Below are positions 27,103-40,351 of a stretch of 64,000 bases of DNA, piece by piece (position 1 is the stretch's first letter; every line of letters begins with the position of its first letter). Source of the stretch: Octopus sinensis (lineage: Eukaryota); contig NC_043015.1 in NCBI RefSeq assembly GCF_006345805.1, positions 3,410,001 through 3,474,000 of the forward strand, given 5' to 3'. Position numbers and translations under genes: made by a program. The notes beneath the pieces are model-generated. The model was not told the DNA's origin. It saw only the letters and a program-made list of their open reading frames with translations, and did not search any database.

Positions 27103-27489
27103 ATGCAGCTACTGTTTATACCTCGTTCAGAGATTTATTATTGCTTGTTTACACTTTTTCGAGATCAGTGACTTTTCGTCTATGGAAAAGGGATATATGT
27201 ATTTGCATTGAGACCACTTCGCATCGAAGACCGGTGATTGTCGTGCGCTGACGACGGGTAAATACCCAGAAACCCGGGTCCGCGCGTATCACGTCAGGCC
27301 GACGATGGGAAGGAAGGCTTCATTTTGCAAATACTGATAGGGCACAGAAAATGTGTCAATAGCCAGCTGGAGAAGATATTCTCCTGGGGTTAATATCTAC
27401 AGTAGCATCCGCCCATAGTGTTTAGCCACATTTAAGAGGCAAATCTATTTCACATTGCCATGCAGCTACCGCGTTCAGAGATTTATTAT
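27103..27489 (+). mobile_element. ~350-nt hammerhead-containing unit bounded by direct repeats (retrozyme-like or long TSD)
   Basis: CGTTCAGAGATTTATTAT occurs at 27124-27141 and 27472-27489 (348 nt apart), each preceded by ATGCAGCTAC (27103, 27460). Confidence 0.5.
27234..27292 (+). ncRNA. Type I hammerhead ribozyme motif with extended helix I
   Basis: GTGAT tgt CGTGCG CTGACGA CGGGT aaat ACCCA GAAAC ccgg GTC CGCGCG t ATCAC. All core residues are present; helix III is the palindrome ACCCGGGT; the GUC site ends at 27280; there is a C.A mismatch at the base of helix II. Confidence 0.8.
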
Positions 27490-29107
27490 AGTTTCCACCA
27501 GTGGATCGATCATGAGACCGACTACCTGCAATGTAAATAACTTCCCATTCAGAAATACGACCGGCATGTACACATGAGCATATATAAACATGTATGTATA
27601 TGTGTAGGAATCATGTGCTCCGTTACAGAACATTTTTGATGCCTTACATCGTTTACTTGTGTGTTTTCTTCACTGTTTGCTAAATTTTATTCTTTTATAC
27701 CTAAAAACAAGCATCCATATAATCAGTTTATTCTTCAGTTTCCTCGATTTAGTTAGGCGATTACTTTACATATTTTTCGGGTTTTTTTTCTTCTTTCAAA
27801 TTGAATAATGATATGAAAGTGATTTTTATTGAACAGAGAACTCATTTGATGTTACATTTTATAACAATCATTTTATCAACGGAAAATGTGTCTTACACCA
27901 TTAAAATGACACATAAGTCACAGACGTTGTGTAATAACGGGTTAAAACAGCGGAAGAATTGTTTGTAATAAATCGTATCTATAATTTGCTGAACTTGTCA
28001 GAACCTTAAAATTGCTGAAATATTTCGTTGAAACAAGAATTCGAAAACAAATTCGAATTTCCAGGTGAATAAGTTATATTCATTGAAATTATTGAGTTAT
28101 TTCATCGAAAGAAACAATACATTATGCACATATAACATTTTAAAGCATTTCTTTCCCTTCATATTTAAATATCGAATATAATAATTATTGAAAATTTATT
28201 TCATATATTCTTTATATCCGATATCATTATTAATGCAATTTGTCAGTGAGAGAGCCTGCTCTACTTTGTATACTTAGCGAGTCTCTTTCTCCTATAAATC
28301 AACATGTATTATATGAGGAAAAATTGCATATTAGGCATAGAGCTATCAGCAGCATGTGATTAATTTTCACGTGCTACTAATATCCTATGAGCTTCTGAAA
28401 TTACTTGGGCGTACATTGAGTGTCGACTCGTCTTCATAGATGATTAAAATACACACTTCCAAAATATTTCAATATCGAAACGTGTCAGGTATATCTTCTC
28501 AATTAACGTTTCTTAGCATTTACACCTACAAATTAGCTTGCATCTGAAAACAGTACCGGCAGCATGACAAACAACACATTGTATTTCTACGTGTCCTTAA
28601 TTTACTTTTCTGTTATCTTGATTTAGGCAATGTTGAAATATTGTTCGTTTTCATTCGTAATATATTCCTTTGTAGCAATTTTTCATGTCTGCAAGTTCGA
28701 TCAGTGGTGGAGTGTTAAAACTAAAACCATTGCATCATTACACATAAGAGGATCATATGTGAAGACTTATAAACAAAGGGGGAAATAGTGATTGTCTGTA
28801 GTCCTCCCTGACATACAAAACCCCTCTTAATATCTCAAAGAACAAATACATTAACCAACAATGTTTGAACATATAACGTTAGCTATTCGAATAAGGTATT
28901 TGAAATTTATACACTCAAATTAGCAGACAGATATTTCTCATATGGAAACATCATGAGGTAAAAATAAAGAAGGATACAATAGTAAAATAATTATAGAACT
29001 ACACGAAATTTTAATGTAGAAGAAACCGTCTTTGTACATACGTCGACCAGACCATGGCTAAGAGCAATAGCAACAGCAAGGGGAAACTTCTTATATCATA
29101 TGTTAAT

Positions 29108-29540
29108 AGGCGTTGGAGTGGCTGTGTGGGAAGTAGCTTGCTTACAAACCACATGGTTCTGGGTTCAGTCCAACTCCGTGGCATCTTGAGCAAGTGTTTT
29201 CTACTATAGCCTTGGTCCGACCGAAGCCTTGTAAGGGGGTTTGTTAGACAGAAACTGAAAGAAACCCGTCGCTTTTATGTATATATATAAATATATATAT
29301 ATATGTGTGTGTTTGTGTGTGTGTGTGTGTGTGTAGGTACGTATGTGTTTTTGTTTGTCCCCCAACATCGCTTGACAACCGATCACGTTGTGTTTATGTC
29401 CCCATATCTTAGCGGTTCGTCAAAAAAAGCGATAGCATAAGTACTAAGCTTACAAAGAATAAGTCCTGGGGCCGATTTGCTCGAATAAAGGCGGTGCTCC
29501 AGCATGGTCACAATCACATGACTGAAACAAGTAAAAGAGA
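29108..29540 (+). mobile_element. tRNA-derived SINE family B, full length
   Basis: TGGCTGTGTGGGAAG (A-box-like), GGTTCAGTCC (B-box-like), body, ~65-bp (TA)/(TG) tract, tail ending AAGTAAAAGAG. Three other copies in the window. Confidence 0.85.
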
Positions 29541-30003
29541 GTATGTCTAGTTGACTACCCGATCACAGCTTTCCCCATGCTAAACACAATAAGAGCAGCC
29601 GCATCTAGGCACTTTTATTATATTTACTAACCATAGACTCAGGAATGGTTATGTAGCTACGTAAGTATGTATCTGTGTGTGTGTGAGTTTGTGTCCGCGT
29701 ATGTTTGTGTGTGAGTGTGAAATATTTTGGATTAGTGGGTATATGTCGAGTGTTGAGATATTGATTAGAATACTGGCGTGGATGTGGTAACTGGTGTCAT
29801 CCGCAGATTGGTACATTTGCGTTTCTTCTACTTCAGAGATTCAGCATCATCGGTAACCACTGAGCCGAAGGTTTTATATCGAAGTTATCCCAGTTACCTG
29901 AGTTACCTTCTCCTAGAAGGATGTCCAAACAAAGGCTAGGAGCCGTCACTCCCAATGGTTTAACTGCGAGATCGGGTATTCAATCCGATTATTTCTATGT
30001 CCC

Positions 30004-30076
<73 letters not shown>

Positions 30077-30163
30077 AATTCAGGGTGAATACTTGATAAA
30101 TGTAAGCACCTGTAAAGGTGATAGGATATATGTATCAAAAGAAAAGGAGGACGCAAAGGATTT

Positions 30164-30256
30164 CGCGTTACATAAGTTTCGGGCTTATTGAACAGCTAAT
30201 TCTCATATCAATGCATAGTTGATACAACAGATACATCAAAAGCCTTCTTCAGCCGC
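30164..30256 (-). ncRNA. Type I hammerhead motif with long helix II (minus arm)
   Basis: CGCGG CTGAAGA A GGCTTTTGA..~45 nt..TCAATAAGCCC GAAAC ttat GTA ACGCG. Core intact; mismatch at the first helix I pair. Confidence 0.65.
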
Positions 30257-30307
30257 GTACAATTACCTGTTATAATGTGATACATGTCTTTGGTGAGGTA
30301 ACTGTAC

Positions 30308-30399
30308 GCGGCTGAAGAAGGGTTTTGATCCATCGTTGTATCAAATGTACATTGATATAAGAATTAGTTGTTCAATAAAGCCCCAAACATATGTACCGC
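30308..30399 (+). ncRNA. Type I hammerhead motif with long helix II (plus arm, G12C lesion)
   Basis: GCGG CTGAAGA A GGGTTTTG..TAAAGCCC CAAAC atat GTA CCGC. Helix I is perfect and helix III is the palindrome ACATATGT, but G12 reads C at 30384. Confidence 0.6.
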
Positions 30400-30444
30400 A
30401 AAATACTTTGCGTCCTGTATTTCTTCTGATACATATATACATAC

Positions 30445-30546
<102 letters not shown>

Positions 30547-31411
30547 TATCTATATTTGAAAACGAAAACAATGACTTTACTGATAATTATAATGGATTTA
30601 ATGTCCTCATGTAATATATTTCGATATAATTTTATAGTTTGGTTTGTAAATCTGGTACCTACTTTGTTAAATTCAAAGAATTTGTTTAGTCTTCTGGAGA
30701 ACCTTAACGCACTCATCGGTGGCGATTATCTAACTGATCTCAGGTTTTGTTGTGCTATGGGATTCTATATTTAACAACAGTTATACGTATGTCTTTAGTG
30801 GGATTGGGACTTGATCATGAGTGTGAGAGTGAAGGAGTGTCGATGAACACGAAGGTAGTAAATGGTATATGAAAGAATATAATGAATGGTAAAGGAAAGA
30901 ATATTGTGAATTGTAAAACCAAGATAAATGAGGGTTGAGCTAGGGGGTGATGGGGTGTTTAATGTCGCTTTTATAAAAGGACTGTAAAAGAGTTCTCCTG
31001 TTGATTCCAGTTGAATACTTGACCTTTGGGGAAAATACAAAGGTCAGATGTTCTTCAAATTCTCTTGTTGCTGAATCAGCAACCTTAATTTCATAAGGAG
31101 AATCTTCAGTAATTTTCTATGTCAAAGAATTTTTTAGGTGCGTGTCTGGGTGGTGTGGTGGTGGGTAGCGATACGTAAGAATGACGTGATTGCAGATATA
31201 GGAGAGAGAGAAAAACGATATATAAAGTTACTATTGGAATATTTTTTGAAAGATGTGCGCTTTTTTAATATTGGTTTGGGAGGGAAAATTGCGGGGAGAT
31301 CAGGCTAGCTTTCATATTTGTTGCCCTACATATAGACAAACAAAAGGTATACATGCACAACAACAAACACACACACACATATACACATATATATATATAT
31401 ATATATATATA

Positions 31412-31453
<42 letters not shown>

Positions 31454-31466
31454 TATATATATATAG

Positions 31467-31629
<163 letters not shown>

Positions 31630-31645
31630 TATATGCACGCATGTG

Positions 31646-31690
<45 letters not shown>

Positions 31691-33593
31691 TTCACACTCA
31701 CATTTAGGAAATAATAATTATAATAATAATAATCCGCTCAGCTACGCTCTCTGCTTGTTCAAACACTATATTTACACCCATATCACATCTTCAAAATATT
31801 TTTTTAACATGCATAATGTTGCTATGTTATTCGCACTTTGTTGACGGATACAGAAAGCTAGAGTAATACTTCACTGGTTTTTCAAAATTTTATCTTCAAA
31901 ATGTATCGATTCTACTAGCGCTTTATGTTTTAGTGTTTTTAATAATATTTTTTGATGATTTTTATATTTTATAAAGAAATATGTCACATTGATCTCAGTA
32001 CAGTTTATGGCTGGGGCTATTGAAGGAGTTTTCAGTCATTGATGTTCATTGATATGGTGGACATTTTAAGTTTAGTCTCTTCAGTTTACTCTGCTGACGA
32101 GCACAGTTTTACGAAAACAAATGTATTTTAAAATGGTCGAAACTTTAATAGTAGGTTTTCCATTTCTCTGGCGTTTTTCTTAAAGCTAAGACATTTTTTT
32201 TATATTCGCAGCCCGCACACGTCTTGACTCTATACATTTAGTGAAGATTTACCTAGCGTCGAACGATTATTGACTGCTATTTCCAAACCAATTGGTACCT
32301 TGTTGTGCCACTATTTCTTACAAACACACACACACATTCTCATTCAGAATCTGAGCGGATACGGAAAGAAATTTCTTTTACTGTACATTTTATTGTCGTC
32401 GTGGATGATCACTTGTTGACGTTCAAATATCTCATTCCTGCATCATTTTCTATTGAAGTAGCCATCCCATTGATTTGTCTTACATTTCGCATGTCGGTAT
32501 AATTTAAATCCATAAAAAGTAGACACAATTAGAAATTTTCCTTCTATTCATTTGGTAAGCATGTAGATTTTGTTTTCGGTATATAAAGTTTTATTAAAAT
32601 TGGATAATCGATTACTGCGGCCTGAATTCATAATTCGAAATCGCTTCAAATATAATTAATTAAGCATATCAAAAAACAACAATATCTAAACTTAATTAAT
32701 TAGATATTGATGAATTTTTTATAGTTTGTTTGTGTTATACTATTTTTCAAATGTACCAAAATCAAATTTATACTTTGATGGCCCTGCCAGAGTTTCAAGG
32801 ATTTTTGGTGAAATCATACACAGAATTTTTAATCTCTTCTTTATAGATGGTCTTACTAATATCCTCCCAAGTCAGTCTCATATATACCTCCAAGATGGCA
32901 GGTTAAACATTGAACTTATGCGTTTATTAACTTAGGAGTCTAATGCCCAGGAAAGAGAATAAATCCATCGCTGGTTAATTGAAATAGATTAGTTTGTCTT
33001 GCTTCTTAACATGAAGAACAGTAATCTTGAAAGTGTCCATACAAACATTCCGAAATGAATATTACATTTTTCTCGGAGATTAAAATGAGACTAAAAATGG
33101 TAAAGTAAACGGGTGAAGCTCCAGCACTTTTTCCACATCAAATAAATGACAAATCTATCACACTAAATTTTAAGAACATCTTTAAGAACAACATTAAATT
33201 GTAAGAACATTCTCAAAACAAGGTTAAAACAAGGTACTTTATGAATGAAATATGTTTCGAAAGTAACGTCAGTAAGCATTTTATAATACGTCTCAAATAT
33301 CCTTTCTGACCTGGGTATTAACCCCATGCAATACGGTAGATTACGAAATGAAAACACATTTTCTTGGCATCTCGAGATGCATAATAATTTAATAAAAAGG
33401 CGATATATTTGTTTTGAAATGGTCTACAATATATATATATATATAGATAAAATATTCTTAAGGTATTGTCAAGTAGCCAGCATGTAATAAAAATTTGACG
33501 TCTATTTAACATCTGGCGATATTAATTATTCTTGTTATTATTATTATTATTACTATTATTATTATATTATTATTATTATTATTATATTATTAT

Positions 33594-33637
<44 letters not shown>

Positions 33638-34691
33638 TTGTCTCTGTGTCTCTGCCTTTGTACCCGTGACAATGCATGCCTTTAGGTGCCACTACTTATT
33701 CATATAATTAAAGATTCCTTTTTGAGCTGTGTGTGTGTATGTATGAGAAAAGAGGTTTCGTAGAGGCCTATGCTGTTGTTGTTATTCCTGGAGTCTTAGC
33801 GATTATAGTGTGTTTTTGTGGGGAGGAGTCATATTATTTTTACTTTCGTGTTTCATATAAACTGCATGTTTTGATTTTTAATCATAACGTTAGGAGAAAA
33901 GGATGACGCTTATCATGAAACAACAGTTGGAAAATAAACAAAATCTGAACGACAAATACAGATTATTGCGAATTGTGGGGGAACATCGGAAAATTGCCAA
34001 TATCCTATAATTTTGTGCTTGGTATGCATCCTGATGAGGCTTCTTAGCTAGCTACTTATCAGAAACGACATGGCCAATATGTTAAACGTTTTAAAGGTTA
34101 GAGATGCTACTGAAAATAAAAGAAAACGAATAAGAGCTAAGCGATTAGGTGTTAATAACTGGGATATATTTTTGGTGTTGTAAAATAGTGTATTATTATT
34201 TTTACGATAGCAATAAGAAAGACGACAAGAAAGTATAAAATGGTCGATATTTCTTTAACAATGACAAAGAAGAGAGGAATAATGACGTCTTACGGCAAAT
34301 TAAATGAATGATTGCCAAAAGAAAAAATGGAGAACAGGACACCAAATTCCAATTCACTCAGACAGCGACAATATCGACGACAACGATAGTGACAAAGAGG
34401 GCGGTCCTCGATAGCCGTGGCAGTTGTATCGATGATGATGGTGATGATGATGATGATGATGATGATGATGACGACGACGACGATGATGATGATAATGATA
34501 ATGATAGTGGTGGTGGTGACGACGACTAGTATGGTGATAATGGATTATTTAAAAAAAAAAACGAGATAGAACAGAGATGATTTTGTAGGAGGAGAGAAAT
34601 TAATATCGATAATTTTAATGACATATCGGTAAATAAATTGTTATTATAATGGCTCTACGGAAGATGAAAATGGCATTAGATCTGAGGTATA

Positions 34692-35567
34692 CAGTGGATG
34701 GACAAAATTAGGGAAAAAAACTTACATTTGAGGATGGTGGAGGACATGAGACATGGGAAATGTGGTGGCCTGATAAGATGTTCAAATTAAATAGTCTTCA
34801 CTGTTAATTCTGCCATGAATGGAAACAATTGCGCCCGTGGATTTTCAACATATAGCCCCCAGATCATCATAGATGCTCTGCCATCTTTAATAATTCTAAG
34901 AAATCCCTCTGGGTCAAATGCTTCTTCTGGCTGTCCCCACACGTACAATCGGCCAGTGGAATACAGGCCAATTCTGTAGGTTTTTACTCCACTCTAAACG
35001 CTTTGCACCATTTGTTTTTCAAGGACGTGGTTGTTTGATTGCAGCCCACCGGTGAAACCTAGCTTTGTGCAAATCTCCCTAAACAATCCTTTTGCGAAAA
35101 CTGGGTTCTCGAGGTGGTCATTAGGTTCTACAGTAATTTCGAATGCTGCAACTTAGTGATCGTTTCTTACAATTCGCGTAAGAATTCGATGATCCCTATC
35201 TGAAAATGTTGTTTTTCTTCCGGAGTTTTATTTCGATGGGGAGTTTTTCTCCTCTTTCTCAAAGGCTGTCATTTTCTTTCCAGACAGTACTTCTTCATAG
35301 ACCAAACATTCCGGCTGTTTACTTTATGCTAGTGCCTTCCATACATTTAGACCTCTTTGAAAGACCGACAGATCTGTCATTTTAACGAATTTTAGTTAAC
35401 TTTTACCGATGATATCTGAAAAGAAACATGGATTTTAGCAAAACATATTAAGCAACTCTAATAATAAATCAAAAACATAAAAATAGACAAGCATTTGATG
35501 GTTTTATATATATTTCAAAATTATGATTCTATGAAACTCTGTGTTTCCATTATTTTGTCTGACCCGG
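34692..35567 (-). mobile_element. Internally deleted Tc1-like transposon with both TIRs and TA flanks
   Basis: TA+CAGTGGATGGACAAAATTAGGGAAA (34690) and GTGTTTCCATTATTTTGTCTGACCCGG+TA (35541-35569). Minus translation MTDLSVFQRG..NSGRKTTFSDRDHRILTRIV..TGRLYVWGQPEEAFDP..MMIWGAI..HGRINSEDYL. Confidence 0.9.
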
Positions 35568-35604
35568 TAAGTAAAGGTTTAAGGAGATCCACTTTCCAAG
35601 TTGA

Positions 35605-35775
35605 TGATAGTGAGGATATATCTTGGAAATCCAAGGGCCCAAAGTTTTCCCTTCATGGCAGAATTAACAGTCAAGACTATTTAAGCATTTTATCTGATCA
35701 GATTAAACCAATGTTTGCGGAACTGTTTCCGGAGGGTATCGCAATATTTCAGGACGATAATGCACCAATTCACGC
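35605..35775 (+). mobile_element. Second Tc1-like transposase fragment, opposite orientation
   Basis: ISWKSKGPKFSLHGRINSQDYLSILSDQIKPMFAELFPEGIAIFQDDNAPIH, containing the QDDNAP catalytic motif of DD34E transposases. Confidence 0.9.
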
Positions 35776-38089
35776 ACTTAAATTACATCTCCTTTGATAC
35801 TTCTAGAAAGAAACATGTTAACGAATGTTAATCAAGCTAAACTTCACCGCCTCAATACGTAAGCAAGTATCACTAAAAGCTAACTCAGGATTTTTCGACT
35901 TAAAATATAGTGATTAGAGAACAATAAAATGACATTGATCGTATTCATTAATGCCGATATCTGTTTAGAAGTATGAGAACAACAGGAAAATATCAAATAT
36001 TATCATTGAACACGTTTTTTGCCAGTTAGATTTCGTACATTGCAATGATTATTTCTGGTGTATCAATCCCAGCGATTCCAACTGTTTTATCATTTGCTTG
36101 CGATCAAGTGTCATATATGATTGGCTTAATCTTTGTGCAATTAACATACACAATTTTCTTAGTAATTATATAGATTCCAATGAAAGCAGATAGAAATGTC
36201 TTATGGATGACGTTCATTATTCGCCGACATATTTAATTTCAATATAACAAGGAATGGCTATCCTTTATTACCCTTCCAGATGTGATAAAATAATTACTAG
36301 TTATATATTATTTGCCATTTCAGTCTGTTAAATGATGATTTCTAAATGTATTGATTCAACTTAATGTAACTTTCGAATTATATTGCCACGAACGAAGCGG
36401 TTTAACGAGCAATATCCCTGATTCTGATAGCATTATCATCGAATAGCTAGCCACAGAAATTATTTCATATTCATACTCCGTATTCTATTAACAGTTTGGC
36501 AGAAATGTGAATAAAATAGAAGATAGGAAACACATTATGTCGACGGACATTTAACTCGTTTATCCTGTATATTTGTCGCTAATCTCACATATATTAACGA
36601 TGGATTTTTCTTTTGTTATTCCTATTAATGACGTTATTAGTGGCAACGACGTTATACTTATAAACAATGGTATTCTTAGAAATGTAAAATTGAATAACGT
36701 GTGACACATAGGCAAAGCTTCCTAGTTTGCAGGAATAATCAAACATCACGATTTGAGTTGTGTTTTTGGTACGACAGATGGCGAAGTTATGATATGATGT
36801 ATTTTTTGTTTTCAGAAAACATAGGTATTAATAATTCAGTTGATAATAGTGTCGTTTTTCATCGTAGACTGCTGTGCCTTTTTAATAAAGATCAGGAGAA
36901 TTTCAGACATATAGTGCAGCAGTTACGTTTTGCAGTTATTACTTATTTCTACTTATTATATGAATCAAATTAGTCTCCTACTGAAGCGATATATGTGTGA
37001 AGTGCAATAAGCATAAGAATACAGTTTCCAGTTTGCTTGATAAAAATTCTCCTGAATCGCAAGTAAACCTGTATACAATAGATATTTCCATTATAATTAC
37101 CAGTAAAATTGTATATGAAACCCAAAAAAACACTAGTGTACATTGAAATCGTTGTATATTTGTTCGATGCTCATATTTACGCTTCTTTCAAAATATCTCT
37201 TTATTGTTATCTTTCCCAGCCGCGGTCGAATAAGAGTAACTAATTTCTTTTCGGTCTTCCATTTTTAAACCTATTTCATTAACCCCCAATGTTATAGTTG
37301 TCGAGTTACCATTCAATTAGTTTGCACTTGCTAGTTTCTCTCCCATGAGAGAATATTGATATATTATACCGATAGATATCATAATTAATTCAGTCTCTGC
37401 TACTGTAAATTTCATCTCCCTTTTCCCATCTACATTTATATCCTTCACTATAACACCTAATTTAATCTATTGTATATTTAAATTTCTGGAAATTTATTAT
37501 ACAAATATAACTTGAATTTGCATCAGGGCTCTAAGAGTATCTGTGCAATTTCATATAAGCAACGAAAATAGCAAATAAATATTGCAAAACATATATGGTA
37601 ATATGAAAACTAAATATTATGAAACATGGTTATATCAAAAAGTAAGCGATAAATCGGAAGGTGTAGAACGGGAGTTTCGAAAGCCAACGTAATTTCTGTA
37701 TGTTTCCGTCTAAATACATTTCTAATGCCTGTCATTTTAACATATTACACTTGTATGTCTTACTTTTCTTCTTCCATACCAGTTCGATAACAATTAATGC
37801 TGACAGTCTAAGTCCACGCTAACTAAATATGTTGACAAAAGAGGAGTTTAAAATACATATTTCATGCGCATTAATTGCTGATTACTTATATCACGTCAAA
37901 AAAATATTAGTTGGCCTTTCTTTTCGACAAAAGACTCGAATTTTCTCATGATTTGACATCCATGGGAATCAAACGTTTGATACAATTAAAGCTACGTTAT
38001 GTGTAATTATAATTGGCAGGCATTAGACTCTTTGTTAAGCGTCAGCAACATCTACTTCCACTGAAGTATATTTTTATCTCCTCGGGGAG

Positions 38090-38282
38090 CAAGGCCAGAA
38101 ATTTGGGGGGGTGGCGAGTCGATCTAATCGACCCCAGTATAGAACTGGCACTTAATTTATGGACCATGAAAGGATGAAAGGCAAAGTCGACATTAGCGGA
38201 ATTTGAACTCAGAAAGTAAAGACAAACCGAAAACGCTAAGCATTTCGCTTGGCGTGCTAACGTTTCTGCCAGCTCGCCGCCT
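38090..38282 (-). mobile_element. tRNA-derived SINE, family A
   Basis: Head and core are homologous to 1724-1938; the 3' tail differs. Confidence 0.85.
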
Positions 38283-39317
38283 TTGCACTGGAGTATATTG
38301 AAATTAATTAGCTAGAGTGAAATGTATAGAGAGAGCATCAACAATGTCTTTCTTGTCGCCCACCGCAGGAGATTCTGTTTCGGTAGAGTGTCGGAGAGAG
38401 AGAGAGAGAGACAGAGAGAGAGAGGGAGTCACAGACAGAGATAGAGACATTTTGAGACCTTCAAATCTCAGAAGAACGAAAAGCAATATTTGATCATGAT
38501 TCAGTATTCCTATGAGAATGCAAATACATAGAAGCATTAAAAGAATTGTCGTATACACAGCTGAGACCCATATAAGTTTCGAAAATCGATTACTGTTGTG
38601 TATCAGTTATTCAATCTATTGCGAAATAATTAAAGAAACCCCGTTTATACTCATGCTACCACCGTTGCATATAGAAGCTATCTGATGCTATCTATTTATG
38701 AATTGAAGTTCAATATAAAGAGCATGGCGTATCTACAAAATCATTTTCTTTCTTTTTGCTACTGAGCAAAACTTTCGAAGTAATTCGGAAAGATGTGATT
38801 TTTGTGGCAGAAATTAGCTTCATAATTCCCACCCACGTATTTTTTGCTCATTAAGGATACTACACGTGTCACGAAATGTTTTAAAATTTTGATGTGAATG
38901 AAGTTTTACGAAATTAAAGAAACGCACTGACGTTGTTATGTTAAATCTCATTTTCACAGAAAATGAACACCGTGATTGCTCTATTTTAATAATTATATTT
39001 CGAAAACTAATAGAAATACAATATCGTTTACTAAAGATTATCAAATATTAGTTCAAGAAATATCTTCTTCATTGTGGAAGCATTGGAAAGTTTAATCTTG
39101 TAGCGTTGGATATTGTCATTATTAAGACATTTGCTACTGACTTTTTTACATATTTAAATTTTAACATTCGCGTTTCACAGATTTTGAATATTTTTAATTA
39201 GAATGTTGATACAATATACGACATTTGCTTATTAACATTGAAAAAGTCATCAGTCATATCTATCGAATAAATTCTATATTCATACATACATCAGTACATA
39301 AATACATCCATGCATTC

Positions 39318-39376
<59 letters not shown>

Positions 39377-39451
39377 TATTAGAGACAAAACCACTATTTT
39401 GCAAAACAAACAAGGAAAGACTTAATCAATACATAAAATTTTAATAAATAG

Positions 39452-39493
39452 TCAAAACAATTGTTTCTTGTCTTGATCGACAATCTTCAGTTT
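39452..39493 (-). ncRNA. Type I hammerhead core (minus arm)
   Basis: AAA CTGAAGA TTGTC gatcaa GACAA GAAAC aatt GTT TTGAC; only ~2 bp of helix I. Confidence 0.55.
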
Positions 39494-39518
39494 CAATGAA
39501 ACTGACTTATTGGAAGTC

Positions 39519-39561
39519 CACCTGAAGATTGTCGATCAAGACAAGAAACAATTGTAGTTTT
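39519..39561 (+). ncRNA. Type I hammerhead core (plus arm)
   Basis: CAC CTGAAGA TTGTC gatcaa GACAA GAAAC aatt GTA GTTTT. Perfect 5-bp helix II, palindromic helix III ACAATTGT, GUA site ending 39556; only ~2 bp of helix I. Confidence 0.6.
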
Positions 39562-39729
39562 TTTGACTATTTATTAAAATTTTATGTATTGATTAAGTCT
39601 TTCCTTGTTTGTTTTGCAAAATAGTGGTTTTGTCTCTAATAATATTTTATAATATTTTACTATAAAATTGGATTTAATCCTAAATCTGATTTTTTCCCTG
39701 TAAATTTGGATTTATTCCCTAATATTTAT

Positions 39730-39831
<102 letters not shown>

Positions 39832-40311
39832 TATATATATATATATATAATATATATAATATATATATATATAATATATATATATATATATAATATATAT
39901 ATATAATATATATATATATATAAGTAAGATGAGATTACTAGTTGGATGGCTATGGTACATAAATACCGCTAATTGTTCACCGAAAATGTACACATTAACT
40001 TCTATATTAAATCGGCTAAATTCTATACCACAACAAATATTTCAGTTTCTGTACTTGTTTGGGTAATTATATTCAAATTTAATTCAGTGAACATGTTTAA
40101 CTACGTCAAACAGGAAGGAATTTTGCTGTCGAATATAAATATATGAGCTCTGTTCCATTTGACATAAAGTTTTACCTGAAATTTTAAAGTCAACTTCAGC
40201 AGCTTTCTCTTTATATGTAGATCTGTGACATTTATGCATATATACATTAAACTAACACACGCATATAACCCTTTCTCTCGGTATCCCTCTGAACGCTTTC
40301 CCGCTTTAGAT

Positions 40312-40351
<40 letters not shown>

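Larger units (their letters stand above)
30127..30438. mobile_element. Fold-back element made of two inverted hammerhead-containing arms
   Basis: 30127-30267 is the imperfect reverse complement of 30297-30438; 29-nt spacer; (TA)n on both sides. Confidence 0.85.
39367..39651. mobile_element. Near-perfect fold-back with two divergent hammerhead cores
   Basis: 39367-39490 and 39522-39651 are identical inverted arms except for one 6-nt indel; 31-nt spacer. The plus copy continues as a family tail to ~39735; (TA)n on both sides. Confidence 0.9.

Noticed and set aside
32720-33350. Possible L1/Tx1 3' remnant
   Set aside because: Only faint, frame-scattered resemblance; no diagnostic motif.
36701-36973. 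ORF containing a strong acceptor (TTTTTTGTTTTCAG, ~36800-36813)
   Set aside because: No recognisable protein motif or matching donor; cannot be supported as an exon without RNA data.
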